Shown: positions 52,555 through 64,000 of the stretch, piece by piece | Numbering within the stretch: position 1 is the first letter of the stretch | Layout: each line of letters opens with the position of its first letter | NCBI GenBank assembly: GCA_012295275.1 | Contig: CM022670.1 | Span: 16,678,001 to 16,742,000 of the forward strand | Reading direction: 5' to 3' | Source of the DNA: Chrysomallon squamiferum | Taxonomy: Eukaryota; Animalia; Mollusca | DNA: 64,000 nucleotides | Position numbers and translations under genes: made by a program | The notes under the pieces: generated by a model | Told to the model about the DNA's origin: nothing | The model's input: only the letters and a program-made list of their open reading frames with translations | The model's database searches: none

Positions 52555-55500
52555 TGTAATTTAGCAAAACTTAATAAGAGTAACTTTAAATACACAACAA
52601 AATCCTTCAACATTTTTTTTTTTTTGTTAACAGTAAATAGATTATTTAATTAGTTTAAGTTTTGCCTATGCTTAGTGGGAACAAACACCCTTAAAATATT
52701 AATTTATAATTTTCAAATTATTTTTCATTTCATATAAATACTAAATTTTGCTAATATTTAAATAAAACAATAAAGTGAAAAGAAGATCATTTTGTAAATA
52801 AAAAAATAAAAAAATATATATAAATAAAAATAAATATTAAAATATTAAAAAATCAAAATAATTAATTTGACAGAGTAAATCATTATTATTTTATCTTCGT
52901 CAGTGAGCTTACTTTTTTACATTTTTATTTAAAAACAAAGGAAAATGATAACATTCAGACAACTGATAAACTTATTTTATTTGACATCATTTTTAGCAAA
53001 AGATTGTGTCTGAAACAATCATCTGGAAATGTTTAAAATATCAAAATATCTTTAAAAGTAGTAAAAATACTAGAATTAATTTTCACTATAAAAGTTTAAA
53101 GAATGTTTTGGTTGAGTAAACTGTATAAATAATTAAAACAAAGAAATATATATATATTAAAAATAAAAATAAAAATAAAATTATAATAATAATTTTAGTT
53201 CCTTGTTTATATATTAAGTATTTTTGTAATTCAGTTTTGTTGGTTAAATAGAAAGATTATTTAAATCTCAACAAGGCTGACATTTGTTTTATCAAAATCT
53301 TTGTAAACTTTGTGAACTTCAGTTACACAATATTACATCTTTGTAATGAAAACATTTGTCAGGAATGACAATGTCAAGCTGAAATGATGTAATCTATATG
53401 CAGGTGTTACAAGTATGTTGAAAATGATACACAATACCACCTGTACAAATAACAAACACAACATGGATATTTAGAATAATAGTTCTTTCACACACGCACG
53501 CACACACACACACACACACACACACAATGTTATGTTTTTTTATTGATATTTTAACATATTTAAACACGATTTGTACAATATCTGAAAGAGAATCATACTG
53601 GCGTGTTAGTGTTACTGATTAGCTTCAAAAGATATTTTTAATCTTTCTATAGAAATATTGCTTTTACCCCAGTAAATTGTTTTTATTTTATTTTATTTTC
53701 ATTAATTATCTCTAAATTAATAATTATTAATAGCTTATTTGAACCTGATATTTTCAGCTATAAGAACACCCATCTACTGCTATCGTTTCCATTAACTGTT
53801 TATTCAATGAAGATCTTTAAACAATCTAATAATACAAATTTTATTTCTAGACACTTTAATAAATACAAGTAATTCATGACCTGCCATCATACAAAAATAT
53901 TTAATATTAAAAAAAGAATAATGTTAGATGTTACATAAGAGTTCAATATTTTTGTTGGTTAATGGAAATTAACTAGGGAATTAATGAAATTACAAATGAG
54001 CACGAAAAGAGAAAACGATAAATCATAATTACATTAAACACAACACTTCAGAAGATTCCCAGTAAGAGCAGACAGTGTTATCTTACACTTGTTTAGTGTA
54101 AACTGTAACCAAGATTGACTTGAAATAACCCCGTTAAAGCAAAATTTATTGTAAGTTATGTGGATTTCTAAACAAACATATTCAACTGAAGTAGTTTGGT
54201 TTGAAAACGTAGCTGAAACGCTATCTCTGGCAAGAAAAATTAGCTTTTGTATCTTGAGAGTTAGTCTGCATTGGTTATCTCCTTGTTTATAACTCTTTTT
54301 ACTGCCTAGGGTTATCATGTGCCTGTCGGATTCCGTCACTTGATGGCACCTTGGCAATAAATGTGGCGCCAGGATTATCCTATATAATCCTGCCTTCCAG
54401 TGAAAACTCGTAAATAGTTATCTACCTTAAGGGTGTCTTTCTGTTTTTAAAGCAATGTTTGATTACGTTTTTCCATTTTTTTCTATTACAGTGAGACACA
54501 GAAATAAAAATTGAGACAGATGAAAAATGGGTTTTTGAGATAAGATATTTTAGGTAAACGTAATGTAGCTAACAAGATAGTCTAATGCTGAATCAAAAGG
54601 ACTCCCAAGTTGCATATTTACACGTATGTACAATACATAATTAAACTGTTTTGGTATTCATAAGAAATATACTTTAACTGAGAAGAAAATAATACAGAGT
54701 AGCACACACACATAAACACAGATACACAGAAACACAGACAATATAACACACATATATTTACATAAAGTCAGAAAGATGAAACAAAAAAACTCCAACAATT
54801 CCCAAAACAAAGTTTTAATAACTTTATAATGAGAAAATAATATTCTACAGTATTGTTTAATTATCGATATAACGAATAATGTGCTGAAGCAAGGAATACA
54901 ATTTAAACGGAATGAAACCCTAATATAACGATATATGCTTACATAATCATGCAGTTTAAAACATAATTTTAGACGTGTATTTAATAACCACACTATACTG
55001 TCTCTTTTTACTCTCTCTTTGTGTGTGTATAGGCAAAATAAAACACACATACATACACACACACAACACAAAACAACACAAACAACACAACAGAAACAAA
55101 CACCTACATGTCCATACATATTAAATTTACCATGGAATGCAATCACAAACATTTTATGTCCACTTTCACAACCGTTGACAGGGGTCTGCCAGAACAGGTG
55201 TCACTTATTAAACAGGTGCATACTATAACAGCGCAAAATATACTGCAGTCGACCCTGGCGTTACATGTATGGCGCCTTACTGTCTCGTGCACTTGCATGC
55301 AATAACATTATATTTAACCCTTGACACCAGAGTGTTACAAAATTAGGTGTCAACATGGTATATTCAGATAATGAACTTTAATCAGATACACAGTCAATGT
55401 GTGAGCTAGATTTATCTTTTGTACAGTGAAAAAGATTTTTATTATTCCATTTTCCTCTTCTTTTTTTTTCTTCTTCTTTTTTTTTTTTTTTTTAAAGTTA

Positions 55501-56477
55501 TTGCTACTCTTTTTAAGTTTGGTTTTTCAACTGACAGAAACTTTTGAGAGAAAGAGAAAAAGAGATAGTGATAGAAAGAGTGATAAAAGAGAACCACAAT
55601 TTGTGTGGCAGAGTGTCTGTTTATTAAATACAACTGTAAGTATTTGACGTACATATTTTTATTCATGATTGTATTTGTTTAATTAAAATGATATTGATAT
55701 CTGATAATATACACTATGACATTAAGATTTATTTGTAACTTAAATATGATGGTCTTCACTGAAGATGGCGAAAAAATTCACGAATTTGATTTCACGGAGA
55801 AAATACAATTAATATTAATTAGTTTTTATTGCTCATGCATATCTAATAACATTATATTTTAAGCCTATTTCAGCGTGCGACAGCTGAAAACAAAATCTCC
55901 TTTTTAACAAATTAATTAAGCTTATTAAGATAAAAATAAGAGGAGATAATATGAGAAGAAAACACTAAATAATAATAATAATAATAAAATAAAATAATAC
56001 ACTTAGTACCTTATTTTTTTTTTTTTCTTTCTTTCTTTCTTTCTTTCTTTTACCTTTTGTTTTTCTTTTTTCTTTTCACCTTTTATTTTACATTAAAGAT
56101 ATAAGGGTACGCTATTACACATTCTTTTTTTACAATACATATATAGTTTTTATTATTTTTTAATAAATATTTTGCCCAAATAAATCGTATGACTTGAATA
56201 GTAACTTTTTTTTTTTTTTAAACTTTGTTTAAAATATACCGATTATTGATAGATCCTCATTAGTTATTTGTATGACAAGATTATAATTATAATTCCAGTT
56301 TTTAAACATATATAGTAATTTCAGTTTCAGTCTCTGCATTCGCTTCATTCATACTTTAAAAGAAATATCTATTGCCTGTTCCTTTACTGTCTCTCTTTTC
56401 TTTACAACAATGGTTACTCTTTCTCAATCTGCTTCTTTGTTTCCCTCTCTTATTTTAATTTACAGCATTATTGGTTA

Positions 56478-56779
<302 letters not shown>

Positions 56780-59309
56780 AGCATAGATCTTCAAGCACTG
56801 ACAAATACTCCTTTTCGTACTGTTCTTATGTTGACCTATGTTCACATCCACGCCAGCAACGACGTGACTCGAGGTTTCCTGGGTTAGGTAAAGATGTTGC
56901 TGAGACCGCTACCAATGTCCACCATTGTCAACAATGTTGACTCGGTACAGGATTGGAATCAGCATGTAAGCCCAGTGTTAATAAATGTTTGATGTTCATC
57001 CAGATGGCGCCATCAAGCTGTCCATGGCGTTGTCGACCACAGGCTTCCATTCCTGTCGTAGCTGATCTGTGATGTTTCGTGTATACTTTAGACATTTCTG
57101 TTGGCTTAGCCTGTGTTTGTGTGTTTGTTGTGTCCTACAGCCCAGTTAACACCTTGTGTTTCTTTCTTTTTGTTTAGTATATGCGAAAACGCAAGAATCC
57201 AGAGTCAACATCCCTTTTACCTTCGTCTGTATATTTACTCATCATCCAGGTGTACCTTGCTTCGATCGAAAACTGTACGAAACTAATGTTGTTGTTGTTT
57301 TTTGTTTTTTTTAATGCTAAAAATATCCAACAGTTCTAAGCCCCAAAACGCAGGAACATTTTATCTTTTATATGCACTGAAAAGCTGGTGAGATACATAA
57401 GAATAGACATAATTAATTAATGCTGCGTAAATATGTGAAGTTTGAAATATAATCATCAAGTCAGTGAAATGATTTTAAAAATCTATATGAAAACTGAAAA
57501 CACGGTCAAAAACAACATTAATTGACGGACTAACTAACTAAATAAATTAATTAATAAATGATTTTCACATGAACAGAACGGAATTATCAAGAAATGGATG
57601 GCGTATGAAAAAACAAAATCAAAGCTACTGTAAGTAGTTCTTATTAATAATGTAGAAAAGCAAATCTGTATTTAAAACACAGCCATTTTTATCATATTCA
57701 ACAATGTAATAATAAGAACTAAAAATTACTACTATTACATAACTATAAAAATAAAAATTAAATGAATTAATGTTTATATACTTTTATATATTTATAGTAT
57801 TTATTAAACACATTATATAATTATCAACGATAGGTTTCGTTAGCTACTTTAATTAACTAAATATATTTTTCTATGTAATATTTATGTCAAAATAATGTTG
57901 TAAAACCATCTGATTAATTTCCTTCTATTTTTTTTTTTTTTTTTTTTTTTTAAACCCAATATTCTGTGACTTTATTTTGTATACGTATAATTTACCATTT
58001 TCCCACATTCTATCATCTATAATTATGTTTTGATGTTGCTATGTAGTACTTTCCTCATTGTCATTGGTATTATGTAAGCAGGGCTATTAGATGGCTGAAA
58101 ACAGTTCTTCGTGTTTTGTAAAGACATGAGATAAAGATGCGACTCGTTAGTTCACATAAATGGCGTACCTCAACAAGTCAGCGTGGGAAATGTTTCTCAT
58201 TTTCATTTACCCAGGTAATAACACGTTTTAACAGAAAGAAAAGTCTTAGAACAGATTTTTTCTCGATTTGGAGAGACTTGTTATTGATTTAGATATTAAA
58301 TCAGTAATAATAACAATAATAATAATATTGATGCTGACGATGATAAGATGCTAACCATGACGATGGTGATGTTAATAATGATAATGATGATAATAATAAT
58401 AATATTAACTGCGTTATTCTTAACAAATACTGAAACGATTAGATAAAATAAATTCCAGTTTAATACGATTATTTTCCTCAAATCTTAAACAGATTGCGTT
58501 CTAATTAAATAAATTGAATGAAAAGTAGCGTGATTTGTAAGTACTCATAATCCGATCTTTTCTCTATTGTTAAACGTTATCAGTAATAATTAAAACTGTT
58601 ATCCCTTAATAGAAAAAAAGCCACAAGTGCACACTGTAATTTTCTTTGTTTGAGTCATACATGAACTGCAACATAAATACGAATGTATGGCATTTGCTTC
58701 ACAGAGAAAAGAAAGATTTGTATGTTGTTACTGCAGTTAAACTTTTACACTTCGTTAACATCTTACCACTGAAAACAGAGATTTACAAGTAATAATAATC
58801 ACAATTATAAATATTCTTTCAATTTTCGGTTAAAATGAATATAACAGTTTAAGACTTTTTAAATTTTTATTTTAAATATTCTGTTCGAATGTTGTTTTTT
58901 TTGTAGCTGAGGTTTTCTTTCCTTAAGTCATGTTATGTATTTTAAATCTACTTTTGTTGATGGTTGTAAGAAGGTTAAAAAATAAATGTTTTGTTAATGA
59001 TACATTCAACTCGTTTTTAATAAATGATGATACGGCGTCAAACACATTTAATAATCATAGACATAACAGCGGAAACCCACTGTCACTATCCAGTGGGCTA
59101 CTCTTTTTTCCAAGTAGTAGCAAGATATATTTAACAAGACAAGCTGCTTCTTTGCATTAGCACTAAAGAATAACAACTGGAACGACTGAAGGTTGTTAAA
59201 CTTATGAAATGTTTTTGCAACAAATATTGATAATGTTTACTCTTTTTCGCTTATGTTTCATTAAACATTACTTTCTGAAGCTAAACATCGGTTTCTGTAC
59301 CAGATTCGT

Positions 59310-59495
59310 TATTTTCAGAATCCGAAACATTACTTTCAGTATCAGAAATGTTATTTTTCAGTATCCGAAACATTTGTCTATATACGAAACATAACTTTCA
59401 GTATCGGAAACATTATTTTTCAGTATCGGAAACATTGCTTTCAGTGTCCGAAACATTTCTTTCGGTATCCAGAACATTATTTTCTGTGCCTGAAC
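59310..59495. repeat. Degenerate ~21-bp tandem repeat (tttcagtatccgaaacattat, about 9 copies)
   Basis: Recurrent cagtatc(c/g)gaaacatt units. Confidence 0.85.
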
Positions 59496-61192
59496 TGAAA
59501 TTAACGAGTAAGAGGATCATCAAACAAGAGGTGGGGTGTAATTTGGTGATTACTAGAAATAAAAACCTCCACCGCTTTGTAGAGCCAGGGGTATTAACAT
59601 GTAATCCATTGTTAGGCTGGATTGCACAGCTACGTATATTTCAGCATCCGAAACCAACACAACAATAGACTTGTATAAGACCGTGGGAAACATGAAGTTC
59701 ATACATTTCACTCTACAGTTTGATTGTTTAGGTGTTTGTTTGTTGTTTGTGTACTGTTTGTTTATTTTATTCTATTTAATTTAATTTTTTTTATTTAATG
59801 GTTTTGTCTGTTTATTTTTTTAAATTTTATTTAATTTTATATTATTTTATTTATTTTATTTTATTTTATTTAATGATCATCATCATAAATTATTATTATT
59901 GTTGTTACTGATCTTGTTGTTGTTGTTCTTATATAACTATATAACTATTATTACTGTTATTATCAAGAATGATGTTTTGTATTTTTGGAAATAAAATAAA
60001 TTTTCTTGATCCATATTTCAGAATTTACTCAAATTTCAAAATTTGTTATAAAAGAATAATGATGTAAATAAAATGATTTTCATTTATTGTATTACATATC
60101 ACCGCCATCTTTGTTGCACAAATAGATTTTGTACATTCCAGAGCATTTTATTAATAAAATTCTCAATAGCTTTTAATATATTTCACTCACTCACCTTTGT
60201 AGCTCTAAAGCTTAAACTGTCAGGCTTGAACAATAGCAAATTCAGTTTTTAATCGCAATACAGATATTTTTTTAAACAACAAATTCTGTTACATAATATT
60301 TTATTCTGATTTTTACATAATCACAGCAAAATATATTTCTTTTCAGATATTCATTTTTTTTGTGTGTGTGTCTCATTTTTAAACTAGCCCTGTCTCATTT
60401 TGAACAAATAAATGGGATTTTTATTTCAATGAACGAAGAAACGATATACTTTGAAATACAATATGTTTTAAATTTAAGAGTACAAAAGAATCATTCATTA
60501 CACATACACGACTAGAAAATAATACACAAAGCATACAAATTAAATGTATTATAATACATTTCCTATCATTATACATTAATAGATACGTAGGTATGTGCGT
60601 GTTTCAAATCGTATCACCTTACATGTTCACCCACTTGCTGTTTTCAACACTGAACAACTCTGACTGCTTTTATGCCTGTTTGTGTTATAAATAAAACTGA
60701 ATAAAATCATTTAAGCTTCGAAACTGAAAAACGTCAAAAGCAAATTCACGTGTTTCTGTGTTCCAGCCAGTGCGCTTGGAAACTAATAATATGTAAATAT
60801 ATAACAAATACTGTAATTTTCTTAGAAACTAATGATATAAATTTATATTATAAATATTTTAACCATCATTTCTGTAATAGATACATTTTCTTTTTGTCTT
60901 ATTATTTTCTGTTTTAACCAGCACTGCTGTAGACTCTTGTTTTATTTTGAAAATAGATTAAAAAAATCTGAATTCTGGTAGTTAGGTAACTTTGGTATTG
61001 TCTTTATTCATTCCACAGATCTTGATTTGATATTAAATTTATAGAATAATCAAATCATTTGATTAGTGAGTGGAGTTCAGTTTGCAAATCCGTGACACTG
61101 ACTGCTGCAGTATATAAATTTAGGTATAAAAAAGGATACACATATCATGTAGTGTGTGTGTGAAAGATGTAATAATTTGATTTTCCTTTAAA

Positions 61193-61196
<4 letters not shown>

Positions 61197-61287
<91 letters not shown>

Positions 61288-61300
61288 TTACACACACATA
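61197..61300. repeat. Compound (CT)n(CA)n microsatellite
   Basis: Direct reading of the sequence. Confidence 0.95.
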
Positions 61301-62009
61301 CGCACATTTTCACTTTTCTGAGTATTTTCAATATATATCTATATATCTATATCTATGAAGAGTTAACCAATATGAAGAACGGAAATCTGCAATACTTTGT
61401 AAACAATGTTCGATATTTCGCTTATAACTCACCCAAACAACCGCCGAGTTATTTTCCAGGACGTTCTTAATTAGAAATCATTACGTTTCGCGGGGATGGG
61501 GGGAGATATTTTATTTCGTACTTCAGGAGCAATCAGTCTAGCAGCCGATACATCCTGGTTGTTTTTGTTTTGTTTTGTTTTGTTTGCTTGTTTGTTTATT
61601 TGTTTTTAGCTTAAAACTCTAACAATGCGTGCAAACCACGTGTTCACCGCACGACTACACAACACACACACACACACAGAGGAAGAAAATCTGCGAGGTA
61701 CGTTTACACCGCTTGGTCAACAGTTTAATTGTTGACAGTCTTGATTTAATTATCTCCATTTGATAATGCAAATAATCAGTGTTGCAGCTGTGTGTGTTAC
61801 AGGCGGCAGATAACGTGACTTGGAAATGACACGACAACTTCCCACAGGTGGCCGAGGCGGTGACTGTTAGCGTGTCCAGTCATGTTTCAGCCGAGCCGCG
61901 ACCAGTCGATAGATTGCGTGCACACCTGCTAGTAATTATTGGTGCCAAAGCAGTTTAGTGTTCATCAATAAAAATGACTTCATTAGTCATCATTATTTAC
62001 GACGTAAAT

Positions 62010-62130
62010 GACATTATATGCTTAGATTGCGGCTAAGATTTCAGATAAACATCATATTATAATGTGCTTAGATTTCAACAAGATTCGAGATAAACATTAC
62101 GTTATTACATGCTTGGATTTCAGCAAGATT
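62010..62130. repeat. ~45-bp degenerate tandem repeat, about 3 copies
   Basis: The motif tgcttagattt...aagatt...agataaacat is repeated. Confidence 0.7.
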
Positions 62131-63336
62131 TTTTTTTTATAAATGTGGATTATATTTCAGATAATTAAGTATTTTTGGTTTCATTCTTGTGGATTTTTTT
62201 AAAAACATATTATTTATAACTGTAGTTGGTCATACCATTTTGAACATAACCCCACCGTCATTATAATCACTTTCAACAACAACAACAACAACAAAAACAA
62301 CAATAATAATGTTTTTGTAATGATAAAAATAACGATGATGATGAATGATGATGGTGATAATAATAATAATCATCAACAAAGTCTGTAACTTTACGTAGTA
62401 CATAATAACTGAAACAAAATAAACATTACACTTTGCAAAAAAAACCTCAGTAACATTCAGTAAAAATATATATATATATATAATCATGACAATAATAAAT
62501 AAACATAAAATACAATATATTTATATACCGTGACAGATATTTAAAATTAAATATTGTTGTGTTGTTTCTTTTAGAACATTAATAATTCTCTGTCAGTATC
62601 TTTAATCATTTTATTTAAAACAAAAACACATTTTCAGGAGATTATCATGTCACAGATTTGATTAACCTTATTTCAAAATTGTTTTTTACTACAATTTGTA
62701 AATCAGATTACAACCTTCACTATTTTCTGGAACACTCAATCCGTCCCTAAGTAAGCCTTGATTTCTTTCTTTTAAATTTTTTATATTTTTTTTATTTTTT
62801 TTTTTAATTATTCTGTAATGAAAATAAATTAGATCAAATTAAATAATATGACGTCATCCTTTTAGATAATCGATTATCTAAGTACATCATTACAAAAAAT
62901 TACTCAGATACTTTTTATATATTCCAAAGTTACGTTACTAATTTAAATTGACGTCTAAACGTTGCTAATAATAAAGTATAGTACTCAAATGTTTTCCCTT
63001 TTATTTACGCTGTAAATTCGTATACAGAAATGTAAAATATTACGCTTAAAAATGATTTCTAAACTGTGGTATCCTCATTTGTTATAAAAAATATTTGTAA
63101 TTTCTATGCACAAACTGATTCACAGTAAAAAGCTATATTTCTCCGTACTCTTAAACTGTTAGTCTCTACACTTTATTATTGTTAATATATTTCGGCCTTT
63201 ATTATTGTTAATATATTTCGGCCTATGTCTAAATAACTAAGATAATATTAATACATGGTTGCATATATTAAATATTGTATAAAAATATATATTTCGGCAT
63301 TTATCTTAAAAACTAAGATAGTATTAATAAATAGTT

Positions 63337-63371
<35 letters not shown>

Positions 63372-63628
63372 CATTGTGTTTGGGTGATTTGTCTAAAGAT
63401 AATGAGACTGTGACTGCAGAGGTTTGAAATCAGTTCATGTTGTTCACGTGTCCCATTCATCATCACTCGTTGCAGTCACTCTGAATCACGTTGTTGTTGT
63501 CGTATCCGGGCACGTTGTTACGAAGACGGGATCATGACACGTAGACCAGTCACTGCGTACATCTCTTTCACACGTTTACTCATAATATACACATTTACAT
63601 TGAAAAAAAAAAAAAAATTAGTTAAAAA

Positions 63629-63677
<49 letters not shown>

Positions 63678-63950
63678 ATACATGGTATATATTTGAAGTA
63701 TGTATGTATGTGTATGTATATGTTTGTATGTATGTATGTATGTATTATATATGTTTATCTCTGTGTGTGTGTGTGTGGTTGTATTTGTATGTATAATGAA
63801 CGTTTGGCCCGTGTTTTTGTATGGGTAATTGTGAAATGTAAAACAAATGATCTGTTGTGACAAGAGACGTCTGTGCAGCTATGCCTCTGTCATTTCCACT
63901 ACTGAAAAACATATCTTTTATATTCATAATAATATACCACATGTGTTTTC

Positions 63951-63953
<3 letters not shown>

Positions 63954-64000
<47 letters not shown>
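63954..64000. repeat. (GA)n microsatellite running to the window end
   Basis: Direct reading of the sequence. Confidence 0.95.

Noticed and set aside
63248-63570. Possible coding exon in a CpG-rich patch near the window end
   Set aside because: The - strand frames I translated are interrupted by stops, the ORF track shows no + strand ORF, and I found no convincing splice-site pair or homology.

Overview
AT-rich eukaryotic (metazoan, probably mollusc or other lophotrochozoan; this is inference) genomic DNA, dense in microsatellites. Four intron-containing genes can be rebuilt exon by exon: MYSM1 (- strand, 16 coding exons from ATG 8394, running off the window start), a DIPP-type Nudix hydrolase (NUDT3/4, Aps-like; + strand, 14774-27856), ARFRP1 (- strand, 43975-36992) and SPO11 (+ strand, 45300-52554, 13 exons, head-to-head with ARFRP1). 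Most ORFs in the supplied track are simple-repeat artefacts. I found no convincing new multi-gene system. The main points for a second look are: two U12-type introns (MYSM1, SPO11); an apparent +1 frameshift in MYSM1 upstream of the JAMM domain; local duplications that copy splice junctions (MYSM1 donor array, a 33-nt SPO11 candidate exon); a uAUG cluster in the Nudix leader; a multi-hairpin island in the putative long Nudix 3' UTR; and a CSL/E-box-rich non-coding region at 58-62 kb. All homology statements come from recalled sequences, not database searches.
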